From assembly GCA_025054695.1 (NCBI GenBank), contig JANWZI010000005.1, forward strand, positions 3,838 to 67,837: DNA of 64,000 bases, read 5' to 3'. Of this stretch, positions 28,760-38,752 are shown in pieces. The position numbers and the translations under genes were made by a program. How positions within the stretch are numbered: position 1 is the first letter of the stretch; the number at the start of each line of letters is the position of its first letter. This stretch comes from Myxococcota bacterium (GTDB taxonomy: Bacteria; Myxococcota_A; Polyangia; Polyangiales; JANWZI01). The notes beneath the pieces were generated by a model. It made no database searches, was not told where the DNA came from, and saw only the letters and a list, made by a program, of their open reading frames with translations.

Positions 28760-29607
28760 GGCACGGACCCGCGCGGCTGGCGACCGTCGGTCTCGCGCTC
28801 GGTCTGGCGTCGAGTGGCTGCTTCCTGTGGACGAGCGCCTCGGAAGGCGAAGCGCTGCGGCAGCGCACCCAGGAGGCGGAGCGGCGCCTGGCGGCGCTCG
28901 AGAAGCGCATCGAAGAGGACCGCAGCGCGCTCGTCGCCGAGCTGCGCGAGCGGTCCGCGGAGCTCTCCGCGCTCGTCGATCGCGCCACGCAGGTGGTCAC
29001 GCGCAACAGCGCTGACGTCACCGTCGAGGTGCAGCAACTGCGCGAGCGGCTCGACGCGCTCGAGGGACGAATCGCCGAGGTGCGCCATGCGACCGACTCG
29101 CAGCGCAGCGAGTGGCAGGCGGCGCGCGCCGAGATCGAGGCCCGCATCGACCAGGTGGCCATCAAGGCCGGCCTCGACGTGCCGCTGCGACCGGGGGACG
29201 TGCCCGAATCGCGCACGGACCACTACGCGGCCGCGTATCGGGCCTACCAGGGTGCCGCGCGCGGCCGTGCTCGGGCGCTGTTTCGAGAGTACATCCGACG
29301 CTACCCCCGCGACGACAACGCCGACAACGCGCAGTACTGGATCGGGATGACCTACGTCGCCCAGGAACGTCCGGCGGCCGCGCTCGCCGAGTTCCGGCGG
29401 GTGCTGTCGGAATATCCGAGTGGGGACGCGCTCGACGAGACGCTGTTCGAGATGGGTGAGGCGTTCCTGCGCATGCGCGCCTGCACCGATGCGCGCGCGG
29501 CGTGGCAGGGGCTTGTCGACAACCAGCCCGACTCGCCGCTGCGGGACCGGGCGCGCAATCGGTTGCGTGAACTGCAGCGCATGCCCCGCGGGCAGTGCGC
29601 GAGCTGA
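28756..29607 (+). CDS. ybgF: Tol-Pal system protein YbgF/CpoB
   Basis: GTGA overlap with pal. Lipobox-like LASSGC. Coiled coil followed by a TPR-like C-terminus (NAQYWIGMTY, ETLFEMGEAF). Confidence 0.8.
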   Translation: MRHGPARLATVGLALGLASSGCFLWTSASEGEALRQRTQEAERRLAALEKRIEEDRSALVAELRERSAELSALVDRATQVVTRNSADVTVEVQQLRERLDALEGRIAEVRHATDSQRSEWQAARAEIEARIDQVAIKAGLDVPLRPGDVPESRTDHYAAAYRAYQGAARGRARALFREYIRRYPRDDNADNAQYWIGMTYVAQERPAAALAEFRRVLSEYPSGDALDETLFEMGEAFLRMRACTDARAAWQGLVDNQPDSPLRDRARNRLRELQRMPRGQCAS

Positions 29608-29702
29608 ACGCGGCATGTGCCGACGTGCGCCGGCAAGCACGCGTCGGTGCGTGGGGTCGCCACGTTGACAGAACACGTTCGGGTTCTTAGCGTGCGCCCC
29701 GC

Positions 29703-30257
29703 GTGCACGAGGCGTCGGGACCGGCGTGGAGGTCGACGACCGTCGTCGCCGTTCGTCGCGAGGAGCGCGGGGCGATGGCTGCCGACGGGCAAGTCTCCTT
29801 CGGTCAGACCATCGTCAAGGCGCGTGCCCGCAAGGTTCGGCGCATCGCGAGCGGCCGGGTGCTTGCGGGGTTCGCCGGCGCGAGCGCCGATGCGTTCGCG
29901 CTGCTCGAGCGTTTCGAGCGAAAGCTCGAGGAGCACGGCGGCGCGCTCGGGCGGGCGGCCGTCGAGCTCGCCAAGGAATGGCGGACCGATCGCTACTTGC
30001 GGCGCCTGGAAGCGATGCTGATCGTGATGGACGCGAGCACGACGCTGCTGTTGTCCGGCACGGGGGACGTCATCGAACCGGACGAGGGCGTGGTGGCGAT
30101 CGGCTCCGGGGGCCCGTACGCACTCGCCGCTGCGCGTGCGCTGATGCAGCACACCAACCTGGGGGCCGCCGACATCGCCCGGGAGGCCCTGCGTCTGGCG
30201 GCCGACATCTGCGTGTACACGAACCGCGAGATCCACCTCGAGGAGGTCGGCGCGTGA
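29703..30257 (+). CDS. hslV: ATP-dependent protease subunit HslV
   Basis: TTVVAVRR...GQVSFG...[10 protein letters not shown]...GSGGPYA. Catalytic Thr-Thr lies 11-12 residues after the only available start (GTG 29703). Confidence 0.9.
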   Translation: MHEASGPAWRSTTVVAVRREERGAMAADGQVSFGQTIVKARARKVRRIASGRVLAGFAGASADAFALLERFERKLEEHGGALGRAAVELAKEWRTDRYLRRLEAMLIVMDASTTLLLSGTGDVIEPDEGVVAIGSGGPYALAAARALMQHTNLGAADIAREALRLAADICVYTNREIHLEEVGA

Positions 30258-31657
30258 GCGACGATCCGTCGGCGTGGACGCCGCGTCGCATCGTCGCCGA
30301 GCTGGACCGGTACATCGTCGGTCAGCAGCGCGCCAAGCGCGCGGTCGCCATCGCGCTCCGCAACCGCTGGCGACGCCAGCACTGCCCGCCCGACATCCGC
30401 GACGAGATCGCGCCGAAGAACATCCTGCTCATCGGGCCGACCGGCGTCGGAAAGACCGAGATCGCGCGGCGCCTGGCACGCTTGGTGCGCGCTCCGTTCA
30501 CCAAGGTCGAGGCGAGCAAGTTCACCGAGGTCGGATACGTCGGCCGCGACGTCGAATCGATGGTGCGCGATCTGGTCGAGGCGGCGCGCGAGCTGGTGCG
30601 CGCCGAGCACACCGAGCGGGTGCGCGCACGCGCTGCGGAGCTCGCCGAGCAGCGGCTCGTCTCGGCCATCGTCGCGACCCGCAACGGGGCGGTGGCCACC
30701 CGCGGCGACGAGGGACCGGCCGACGTGCCGGCGGCCGTGATCGTGACTCCACCGCCGGGACGCGCGACGGGCGGATCGCCCGCGGAGGTGTTGCAGGCGC
30801 TGCGCGACGGTCGGCTCGAGGACGAAGAGGTCGAGATCGAGGTCCGGCAGAGCGGCAACCCCTTCTGGCGCGTCTTCGGTGCCCACGGCGTCGAGGAGAT
30901 GGAAATCAAGGTCAACGAGCTATTCGGCGCCCTCTCGGGGCGAGCGGGCCGACCGCGGCGGAGGCGGCTCCGCGTGCGCGACGCGCGACGCGTGCTCGAG
31001 GCAGAAGAGGCCGACCGGCTCGTCGACCCGGAGACGGTGCAGCGCGAAGCGGTCGAGCGCACCGAGCAGACGGGGATCCTGTTCATCGACGAGATCGACA
31101 AGATCGCGGGTCGGCAGAGCCCGCACGGGGGGCCCGACGTCTCGCGCGAAGGTGTGCAACGCGACCTGTTGCCCATCGTCGAGGGATCCACCGTCCAGAC
31201 CAAGTACGGTCCCGTCCGCACCGATCACGTGCTGTTCATCGCGGCCGGAGCCTTTCACGTCTCTCGGCCGAGCGATCTGATCCCGGAACTGCAGGGCCGC
31301 TTCCCCATTCGCGTCGAGCTGGAACCGCTCGGTGCCGCCGACTTCGTTCGGATCCTGACGGAACCGCGGCATTCGCTCGTGCGGCAGTACACGGCGCTGC
31401 TGGCGACCGAGCAGGTCGAGCTGCGTTTCACGCCCGGCGCGATCGAGGCCATGGCGCGCCACGCCGCCGAGGCCAACGCGCGCACCGAGAACATCGGTGC
31501 GCGGCGCCTGCACACGGTGCTCGAGGCGGTGCTCGACGAAGTTTCCTTCGACGCACCGCAGCGCGCCGGTCAGACGGTCGTGATCGACGAGGCTCACGTA
31601 CAGCGCGTGCTGGGGCCCGTCGTTGCCGATTCGGATCTGGCGCGCTACGTGCTCTGA
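30254..31657 (+). CDS. hslU: ATP-dependent protease ATPase subunit HslU
   Basis: Walker [16 protein letters not shown] and Walker [15 protein letters not shown] overlap with hslV. Confidence 0.93.
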   Translation: MSDDPSAWTPRRIVAELDRYIVGQQRAKRAVAIALRNRWRRQHCPPDIRDEIAPKNILLIGPTGVGKTEIARRLARLVRAPFTKVEASKFTEVGYVGRDVESMVRDLVEAARELVRAEHTERVRARAAELAEQRLVSAIVATRNGAVATRGDEGPADVPAAVIVTPPPGRATGGSPAEVLQALRDGRLEDEEVEIEVRQSGNPFWRVFGAHGVEEMEIKVNELFGALSGRAGRPRRRRLRVRDARRVLEAEEADRLVDPETVQREAVERTEQTGILFIDEIDKIAGRQSPHGGPDVSREGVQRDLLPIVEGSTVQTKYGPVRTDHVLFIAAGAFHVSRPSDLIPELQGRFPIRVELEPLGAADFVRILTEPRHSLVRQYTALLATEQVELRFTPGAIEAMARHAAEANARTENIGARRLHTVLEAVLDEVSFDAPQRAGQTVVIDEAHVQRVLGPVVADSDLARYVL

Positions 31658-31735
31658 ACGGGCCGCCGCACGCGAGCAGGCGCGCGACGCGCTCTCTGGC
31701 AGGGGGCCCCGGGGGCCCCGCAGCGAGGTGTTCCG

Positions 31736-32827
31736 ATGCACCGGAGCCGTGGAGCGAGCACAAATCTCTGGGGCGTATGGTTCGTCGTGGCGGTGGGTTG
31801 CGGCGGAGCCGCAGAGCCGCCCGCGCTGCGTGATGCGGGCGACGATCCCGCCGACGCCGCCCGCGACGCGACCGTTCCGGGGCCCGACGCCCAGATGGGC
31901 GTCGATGCCGACGCCGAACGCGACGCGACGATTTCGGCGGACGCCGGAGGCGCGCCGGATTCGGGAGGAACGCCGTCGGTGGATCCGGCCGCGAGGGGTC
32001 CGCACCGCGTCCACGTACTCGAGGGCGAGGTGGTCCGGGAGCGGCGCCGCATTCCGGTGGCGGCCCACACGCCGGGCGGCGTCGATCGCGCTCCGCTCGT
32101 GGTGTTCCTGCCCGGGTTCCAGCTCACGTCGGCCGACTATCTATCGACCGTCGAGCACCTTGCGACTCACGGTTTCGTCGTGCTGCGCGCCGATCCGCCG
32201 GCGAGCCTGGTCTCCGTCGATCACGTGCAGATGGCGGCCGACGTGCGCGCGGTCGTCGGTTGGGCGCTCGAGGCCGACGGGTTGCTCGCCGGTCGTGTCG
32301 ATCCGGACCGCGTCGGGCTCGCGGGACACAGTCTCGGCGGCAAGGTGGCCGCGATGGCGGCGGCCGAGGATCCGCGCATCGGCGCGGTCTTCGGCATCGA
32401 CCCGGTCAACGCCGGCAATCCGATCACGGGCTTCACCCCGTCGTTGCCCGACATCCTTCCCGAGGTCGTCGCGACGCTCGACATGCCGGTGGGCTTCGTC
32501 GGCGAGACGACGAACGCGGAAGGCTTCGGGCAGCCGTGCGCGCCTCGCGACGGCAACTTCCAGCAGTTCTACGCGGCGGCCACCGGTGCGCCGTGGGCGG
32601 CCTCCTGGGAGATCGCGGGGGCCGACCACATGGACTTTCCCGACCGCTGCGGCCTGCTCTGCGGCGCCTGCACGCCGGGTACGGCCGATCCGGCGCGCGT
32701 CCGCGCGATCACCCGCACGCTCGCGACGGCGTTCTTCCGCCGCCACCTGCTGGGGCAATCCGCGATGGAGGACTGGCTCACAGGGCCCCGCGTACCGGAC
32801 GGCGTCACCACGATGCACCGGCCCTGA
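31736..32827 (+). CDS. alpha/beta-hydrolase lipoprotein (chlorophyllase/dienelactone-hydrolase-like)
   Basis: Lipobox VAVGCGG. Nucleophile elbow GHSLGG. Its TGA stop abuts the first triplet of the R5 head. Confidence 0.7.
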   Translation: MHRSRGASTNLWGVWFVVAVGCGGAAEPPALRDAGDDPADAARDATVPGPDAQMGVDADAERDATISADAGGAPDSGGTPSVDPAARGPHRVHVLEGEVVRERRRIPVAAHTPGGVDRAPLVVFLPGFQLTSADYLSTVEHLATHGFVVLRADPPASLVSVDHVQMAADVRAVVGWALEADGLLAGRVDPDRVGLAGHSLGGKVAAMAAAEDPRIGAVFGIDPVNAGNPITGFTPSLPDILPEVVATLDMPVGFVGETTNAEGFGQPCAPRDGNFQQFYAAATGAPWAASWEIAGADHMDFPDRCGLLCGACTPGTADPARVRAITRTLATAFFRRHLLGQSAMEDWLTGPRVPDGVTTMHRP

Positions 32828-33052
32828 TAGCGGCGGTCACGTTGCGTGACGTGGCCGAGGAGTGTTGCGAGTCCGAGCCCGAGACCCAGTCCGTGTCCGT
32901 GTCCGAGCTCGAGCCCGCGCCTGAGCCCGAGACCGAGTCCGAACCTGAGTCCGAGCCCGAGCCTGAGTCCGAGGCCGAGCCAGAGCCCGAGACCGAGTCC
33001 AAGTCAGAGTCCGAGACCGAGACCGAGCCTGAGTCCGAGTCCGGGCTCGAGC
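32827..33052 (+). repeat. Period-6 array, copy R5, with conserved head
   Basis: Head at 32827-32871: ata gcg gcg gtc acg ttg cgt gac gtg gcc gag gag tgt tgc gag. About 30 units follow. The Glu frame stops at 33081. Confidence 0.9.
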
Positions 33053-33143
33053 CGTCATCAACTAACCGACTGCCGCTGTGAGCGCGCTCGCGCCGGCCCG
33101 CCTTGCGTCGTCCGGAACCTCGTGACAGCTTCCGCGCCCCCAG

Positions 33144-33383
33144 ATGGAACCCAAGCACACGATCGGGGAGGCCGTCCAGGCCCGGCACGTCGAGGTCGTC
33201 GTGGGCGAGAAAGGCCTCGAGCGCGCCATCAAGCACCTCAAGCGCAAGATGGCCGCCGAGGGCATCCTGCGCGAGCTGAAGCGACGCCGCCATTACATGA
33301 AGCCGTCGGTGCGACGGCGAAAGAAGGAAGCCGAGGCCGCGCGGCGACGACGCAAGCGTCTGAAGGCCGTCGAGACGAAGTGA
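33144..33383 (+). CDS. rpsU: 30S ribosomal protein S21
   Basis: GEKGLERAIKHLKRKMAAEGILRELKRRRHYMKPSVRRRKKEAEA is typical S21. Confidence 0.9.
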   Translation: MEPKHTIGEAVQARHVEVVVGEKGLERAIKHLKRKMAAEGILRELKRRRHYMKPSVRRRKKEAEAARRRRKRLKAVETK

Positions 33384-33500
33384 AGCGACGGTAGGGGCTC
33401 CCACACGATCGCGCGCCACGGCAGCGGGTGCGTGGATCCATCGGTCCCGAGGCCCGAGCTCGACGGCCAACCCGCATCCGATGGCGAATGAGAGAGCCGC

Positions 33501-33755
33501 GTCGAGTCCGAGACCGAGTCTGAACCCGAGTCCGTGTCCGCGCCCCAGGCCGCTTCCGAGACCGAGTCCGAGGCCGAGCCCGAGTAAAACGCGCGATCGA
33601 CCCACCTGGCCGGCGCAGTGATTCCGAGGCCGCGTCGGAGTCCGAGCCTGAGACCGGGTCCGAGATTGAGCCTGAGCCTGAGTCCGAGTCCGAGACGGAG
33701 TCCGAGTCAAGTTCGGAGACCGGGCCCGAGCCCGAGGCGGAGATGGAGACCGAGG
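33501..33755 (+). repeat. Period-6 array, copy R6 (two blocks, 33501-33587 and 33623-33755)
   Basis: gag tcc gag acc gag tct gaa ccc ... gag ccc gag taa. The second block is in a different phase: tcc gag gcc gcg tcg gag tcc gag cct gag acc. Confidence 0.85.
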
Positions 33756-33851
33756 TCGCCTTCGACACGGAGGCCCCGTCCGAACCCCTCCTCGCGCGGG
33801 TGCGACCCTGCCATCGCGACCACGCGATCGGCCCGCCTCGCACGACAGCGG

Positions 33852-34185
33852 ATGCGCGTACGCGCTATGCTGCCGACGCACCGTGAGCAGCCCGCAGGAT
33901 CCGCCCTCCTCTCCTTCGCCGCGCAAGCCCGTCGCGCCGCCTCCCCTCGCGAGCGTGCTGCGGCCCTCGAGCGCACCGCCGCGGCCCTCGTCGCCGCCAT
34001 CGCTGCCTTCCACGCGTCCGGCGTCCTCCTCCTCGACGCGACCCCCGCCACCACCGCCGACCCCGGGGGCAGCACCACCGCCCGCCCGCCCGGACACGCA
34101 GCCCCCCGTTGCGCCGCGCGAGCCGGTTGCCGCCGCGACGGCCTCGACCACGGGCTCGTCCGCGCCTCCGACGCCACGCTAATCG
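33852..34185 (+). other. coding-like 5' segment probably belonging to the coiled-coil gene (frame unresolved)
   Basis: The frame from ATG 33852/33867 gives LLSFAAQARRAASPRERAAALERTAAALVAAIAAFHASGVLLLD with the codon-position GC pattern expected of a gene. It is out of phase with 34216..35022 by one nt across a C10 run. The alternative Pro-rich frame 33883..34182 ends in TAA. Confidence 0.4.
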
Positions 34186-34215
34186 CCCCCCCCCCGCGCC
34201 GACCTCGACGTCGCC

Positions 34216-35022
34216 GTGCTGCGCGCGCAGCTTTCGAAGGTCGCCTCCGAGGCGTCGCGCCTCGCCTCCGAGGTTGCCGCGATGCGCGCGCGGCAGGACG
34301 AGATCGAAGGCCGCCTCGCTCATCTCGAGGAGCCCGACACGACCCGAATCCGATTGCCCGAGGCGAGCGAGGGAGCAAGTGCCGCACCGCGGTGGGAATC
34401 GCTCGAGCAGGACTTGCAGCGACTGACCGCGCGGGTCGACGCGGCGGCCGAACGCATCGCTCGAGCCCAGCACGAGCGCGAAGCGCTCGCCTCCCGACTC
34501 GATGCGCTCGCGCGGGACCTCGCCTCGCTGCGCGGCGAGGTCACCGCGCTGCAAGCACGGGTCGATCGCATGGAACGCGCGGCGATCGACCAGCAACACG
34601 ACGTCGAGTCGCTGCGACGCAACCTCGAGAGCCGTCGTAGCCGCCTCGAGAGCGCCGAGGACGTCGTCGGCGCGCTGCGCGACCGCATCGATGCGACGAT
34701 GACCAGTGCCATCGCATCGCTGCACGAGCGCCTCGTCGCGGCGGTCGAACGCGCCGACGAACGCGAGGCGCGCGTCACGGCTCGCCTGCGGGCGCTCGAG
34801 TCCGCCCTCGCCGAACGCGACGCGCGCATCGCCACGCTCGAGGCGAGCTTCTCGGCGGCAGCCGTGGCGCGCCGAGGTCGCCCTTCGGCTCGCTCCGTCG
34901 CAAGCGAGCCCGCCGCTGCAGAGCACTCCGCCGTCGGTTCGGAACCTCGCCGCACCCGATCCCGACGTGCCGCCCGCTCGCCCTCCCCGCCGCCTACCGA
35001 TGGCGGCGACGTCGGGGCGTGA
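34216..35022 (+). CDS. coiled-coil protein (intact downstream ORF)
   Basis: Long heptad-like Ala/Arg/Glu/Leu helices (LQRLTARVDAAAERIARAQHEREALASRLDALARDLASLRGEVTALQARVDRMER). True start probably upstream (see findings). Confidence 0.65.
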   Translation: MLRAQLSKVASEASRLASEVAAMRARQDEIEGRLAHLEEPDTTRIRLPEASEGASAAPRWESLEQDLQRLTARVDAAAERIARAQHEREALASRLDALARDLASLRGEVTALQARVDRMERAAIDQQHDVESLRRNLESRRSRLESAEDVVGALRDRIDATMTSAIASLHERLVAAVERADEREARVTARLRALESALAERDARIATLEASFSAAAVARRGRPSARSVASEPAAAEHSAVGSEPRRTRSRRAARSPSPPPTDGGDVGA

Positions 35023-35150
35023 CGGTCGATCGGCTCGATCGGCGGCTGCCGACCGTGGCTTCGGTTTCGGGCCCGAGGCCGCACGGCCCTTCATCCAAGC
35101 ACGTCACCGACGCCAGCAGAATGCCGTTCCGGCCGACGGCCCCACAGCCG

Positions 35151-36470
35151 TCAACGCTCGGTGCGCCGAGCGATGCGGAAGTCGGTGACCCGGTCGACGC
35201 GCGTCTCGAGGAATCGAGCGAGGCGATGGAAGTCGCTGCCGGGCTCGATCATGCGGACCTCGGTGCGGAGCGTCTCCTGGTTGACCACCTCGTCGAACGG
35301 GACGTAGACGAGATCGAGCTGACCTTCCACGCTGACCATGTGGCCGTCCAGCCCTTCTTCGACGAGCGCTCGGTACGCGCCGATGCCGAGCTGACTGCCC
35401 AGCATCACGTCGAAGGCGTGCGGCGGAGCGCAGCGTGACTCGTAACCGAGCTGCAGTCCCGTGATCTTCTTGCGGCGGCCGGTCCGTTCCTCGTAGCGGC
35501 GCGCGGCACGGTGCGCGACGAGGCTCGCCAGGTCGTTGTGACCGAGCGAGATGTGTCCGTGCTCGTCGCGCGGGGCATCGGCGAGGAAGGCCTCGGGCAA
35601 CAGCTCGGCGATGCCCTCGGCGAGCACGACGGTTCCGTAGTGCTTGCCCCGCCGTTCGCGCGCGACGATGACGTCGACCACGCGATCGGCCAGCCGGTCC
35701 AGATCCACGCGCTTGCCCTCTCCGGGAACGTCGCGCAGCAGCGTCTCGTCGAGATCCTCGGCCGACAGGACCAAGTTGGCCTCCCCGGCGATCGCGACGC
35801 CGTAGGAGAGCCAGCCCGCCTTGCGGCCCATCGTCTCGACGACGAAGTAGCTGCCCGTCGCCAGGGCGTCGGCGCGCAGATTGAGCAGCTCCTTGGCCAT
35901 CACGTCGACCGCGGTGAAGAAGCCGAACGTGAAATCGATGCCCCGGTAGTCGTTGTCGATGGTCTTGGGCAGATGCACGACGCGAACGCGGCGCGCGTCG
36001 GCGGGCAACGTCTGCTGGTAGCGGTAGAGCAGATTGGCGGTCTTGAGCGTGTCGTCGCCGCCGATGGAGACGAGCGCGTCGATCTCGAGATCGACGAGCG
36101 CGCTGTACACGTTGCGCAGCCGCTCGGTCTTGGTGGGATCGCGGAGGTCCTCCGCACGTTCGATGCCCTTGCCGGGATTGGCGCGCGAGGTGCCGATGAG
36201 CACGCCGCGGCTGTTTCGGATGCCGCGCACGTCGCGTTCGGTCAGCACCCGATAGTGCTCGTCGGGCAACAGACGCCGGCTGATCGGGTGGTACTCCTGA
36301 AGGAACGAGTAGCCGTGAAAGAACCCGATCGCTTCCCGTCCGTCTTCGAGAAACGAGATGGCGGCCGCACTGACGACGGCGTTGGCCGCCGGAGCCGGGC
36401 CGCCGGCAAACACGAGCCCGACACGCCGGATCGCATCGCCCTTGCGTTGACTGCTCGTGGACATCGTCAC
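35151..36470 (-). CDS. pfp: pyrophosphate-dependent 6-phosphofructokinase
   Basis: FAGGPAPAANAV, SIGGDDTL (Asp, not Gly, at the ATP/PPi discriminator), PKTIDNDY (Lys discriminator), MGRKAGWL. Confidence 0.85.
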   Translation of the reverse strand: MTMSTSSQRKGDAIRRVGLVFAGGPAPAANAVVSAAAISFLEDGREAIGFFHGYSFLQEYHPISRRLLPDEHYRVLTERDVRGIRNSRGVLIGTSRANPGKGIERAEDLRDPTKTERLRNVYSALVDLEIDALVSIGGDDTLKTANLLYRYQQTLPADARRVRVVHLPKTIDNDYRGIDFTFGFFTAVDVMAKELLNLRADALATGSYFVVETMGRKAGWLSYGVAIAGEANLVLSAEDLDETLLRDVPGEGKRVDLDRLADRVVDVIVARERRGKHYGTVVLAEGIAELLPEAFLADAPRDEHGHISLGHNDLASLVAHRAARRYEERTGRRKKITGLQLGYESRCAPPHAFDVMLGSQLGIGAYRALVEEGLDGHMVSVEGQLDLVYVPFDEVVNQETLRTEVRMIEPGSDFHRLARFLETRVDRVTDFRIARRTER

Positions 36471-36650
36471 GGCCTCCAGAGGGTCGTGGTGGGATACGAG
36501 GCGCGGAGCGACGGACTCGACGCCGCAGACGCCGAGCGTCTTCGGCGCCGAGAAATGTCCCAGTTCGTGGACACGCGCAAGCGTAGACGGCGTGCGGGAT
36601 GGCTGCCGACGCGCGCGCGGACGGCTCGGTGCGACGCGGAGCGGCGTCGT

Positions 36651-37538
36651 TCAACGCACACCGATCGTCACGCGGCTGCGGACGTGCGGATCGGACGTCG
36701 AGGTCGCCCAAACCAGTGCCGCGCTCAGACCGAGCGCCGCGACCCCGATGCCGATCCAAAACACCGGTGAGGAAAACATTGTGCCGTGGCTTCGGCCGTC
36801 GTCGCTTCGCGGCTGCTGCTCGCCCACGCCTAGCGCCTCCGTCGCGGCGTTCGCCCCCGCCATCGGCCCGGTCCCAGGGACCACTTCGGGCGCGTCCTCG
36901 GAGCCCAGCTCGAAGAGGCGATTGCCGTGCTCGTCGAGGACCTCGACGATCACTTCGATCGGCTCGGAGCGCCCGGCGTCTCCGACGGGAACGTACAGCG
37001 CGCCCCCGACCTCGAAACGCTCTTCGTTCAGAGCGCCGTCCGGACCGCCGCGCCAGCGGATCCGCACACTCGCGGCCATCGCGAGCGGATCCACGAGGTC
37101 GATCCGGATCGCGCGCCGAGCTCGGGCCCAGCTGACGCGGACACCGAGTCGATCGGTGCGCGCCGCCCACCAGCCCCGCGCCTCGAGCCAGGGGCTGCGG
37201 AGCTGCGGCGCGAGCGATCGGTCCACGGGAACGTCCGGCGTGAGCGCGAGCATGCGGAGGAACGCCTCGCGCGCGCGTTCCGGCTCGTCGAGGGCGGCGG
37301 CGCTCAGGCCCAGGAGCTGGTAGATGCGCGCCGTCTCGGCCGGGCTGCGACCGCCTGCCGCGAGCGCGGCAGCCGCGTGTTGGACCACGCTCTCGTAGTC
37401 CACTTGCTGATACGCCGTCTCGGCGGCGACGAGCGGATCGGGCGGAGGCTGCGGACGCGGACGGCGGCCGCGCTGGGCGCCGGCCGACGTGGGCGCGAGC
37501 AAGCAGCCGACGACGAGCAGAACGAGGCCGCAGCACAT
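36651..37538 (-). CDS. hypothetical protein with signal peptide and C-terminal TM anchor
   Basis: ATG 37538. Signal MCCGLVLLVVGCLLAPTSAGA. One TPR-like stretch. C-terminal helix VFWIGIGVAALGLSAALVWA. Confidence 0.55.
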   Translation of the reverse strand: MCCGLVLLVVGCLLAPTSAGAQRGRRPRPQPPPDPLVAAETAYQQVDYESVVQHAAAALAAGGRSPAETARIYQLLGLSAAALDEPERAREAFLRMLALTPDVPVDRSLAPQLRSPWLEARGWWAARTDRLGVRVSWARARRAIRIDLVDPLAMAASVRIRWRGGPDGALNEERFEVGGALYVPVGDAGRSEPIEVIVEVLDEHGNRLFELGSEDAPEVVPGTGPMAGANAATEALGVGEQQPRSDDGRSHGTMFSSPVFWIGIGVAALGLSAALVWATSTSDPHVRSRVTIGVR

Positions 37539-37561
37539 GGCCGGCCGGCTGCCGCAGGCGA

Positions 37562-38113
37562 TCACGGCGCGCACGCTCCTCCGCACTTGGCCTCGATCGT
37601 CGGGCACGTTGGTGGCACGTCGCTCGTTTCCCGGTAACGGTCGGTCTGCACGAGCGCGATCACCACGACCCGGTTCCCCCCGCCGCCATCCGCAATGGCG
37701 CATCCGGCCAGAATCGTGCGGTTGGCGCCGTCGTCGACGAGACCCAACCACGCGGCCGGACCATCGGGCGCATCGTCGAGCGTGACGCGGCCATCGCGGA
37801 ACGCGCACACCGAGGCCGGTCCCATCTGGGCGCTCGCGGCGACGTCGGAGCCGGCCAGGGCGTCGCCGAGCAGCTCGGGACATCGATCGACGTCCGCGGC
37901 GGCCAGCGGTCGCACGAGCACCCTCGCTTGCGATGCGTACAGGAACGCGGTTTCCGAAGGGAAGTTCAGCTCGACGGTCGTCAGGTCCGGCGCACAGCCG
38001 GACCCCACGAAAACGCAGAGGATCCAGGGGGCGCACCCTCCCCTCCGCGCGCGACGGGGGGCGCGGTGACGGTCGCACACGCAACCCCCGGCCGCCTCCC
38101 ACGCCGGCCTCAT
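37562..38113 (-). CDS. hypothetical lipoprotein
   Basis: ATG 38113. Lipobox VFVGSGC. Cys-rich. No domain recognised. Confidence 0.5.
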   Translation of the reverse strand: MRPAWEAAGGCVCDRHRAPRRARRGGCAPWILCVFVGSGCAPDLTTVELNFPSETAFLYASQARVLVRPLAAADVDRCPELLGDALAGSDVAASAQMGPASVCAFRDGRVTLDDAPDGPAAWLGLVDDGANRTILAGCAIADGGGGNRVVVIALVQTDRYRETSDVPPTCPTIEAKCGGACAP

Positions 38114-38339
38114 GGCCGCGGCATCATCCCGCCGCCCGCGGGAAGGGGGCAAGGGGTCGCGTAGCGGGGATTCGAGCGACGGGCTCGAACGAGGACGACG
38201 GCCTCGATGGCGCCCGCCGATGCGGACGTGGCCAGAACGAAGCAGGCCTCGGGTGGGCGCCGGCGCTAACCTCGGCCTTGAGCCCGGGCTCGGCCCACCG
38301 AGAACCGCTCGCCGTATTCGTCCACCCGCGGGGGCGACG

Positions 38340-38708
38340 CTAGAGCCCACGCACGACGACGGTCGCGGTGCCTGAAGGCGGGATGACGACCGCCTGACGC
38401 TGCGCGACGGGCCCCGCGCCCGTCGCCGGCTGGAAGCTCACCTGGTACAGGCCTCCCGGTACGCCGTTGATGCGGCACGTCCGCCCCCGGGTCTGGCATG
38501 AATAAGTAGGGCCACCCCCGTGACGCGTGAGGGTCACGCGACCGTCGACGGGGCCGGAGACGCGGACGACGACGAGTGCATCCGCCGCTGCGCGCCCGGG
38601 AAGCGAGCTCACCGCGAGCACGAGGAGCCCCGCGCCCAGGGCGTTCCGCAATGTACGGAGCACGTGCACGACGCGCGGACGGACGCGCCTGGCGAACACC
38701 CGATTCAC
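38340..38708 (-). CDS. small secreted protein (beta-sandwich/PEGA-like by eye)
   Basis: Signal GAGLLVLAVSSLPGRAAA, then GRVTLTRHGG...CRINGVPGGLYQVSF. Confidence 0.5.
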   Translation of the reverse strand: MNRVFARRVRPRVVHVLRTLRNALGAGLLVLAVSSLPGRAAADALVVVRVSGPVDGRVTLTRHGGGPTYSCQTRGRTCRINGVPGGLYQVSFQPATGAGPVAQRQAVVIPPSGTATVVVRGL

Positions 38709-38752
38709 CTTTCTACCATCACGGCCCCACGCTCGGTACCCTCCCCGCAGCC

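Noticed and set aside
32805-34151. 448-aa minus-strand ORF (and 1661..2011, 33238..33843, 62967..63983) giving GL/GS/SD repeat proteins.
   Set aside because: These are reverse-strand readings of arrays R5/R6/R1/R11 joined to antisense of real genes. They have no independent start context or domains.
33883-34182. The Pro-rich 99-aa ORF as an independent gene.
   Set aside because: Its codon-position GC pattern (second position very GC-rich) fits an off-frame reading of the overlapping 33852-frame sequence better. It is kept only as an alternative in the C10/TAA finding.
35065-35095. GGGCC-N11-GGCCC hairpin as a bidirectional terminator between the coiled-coil gene and pfp.
   Set aside because: The stem is only 5 bp with a large loop and no T-tract on either strand.
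38268-38300. Short ctcggccttgagcccgggctcggccc stretch as a 13th array.
   Set aside because: It has only about four degenerate hexamers and no head. That is too short to separate from chance in this composition.
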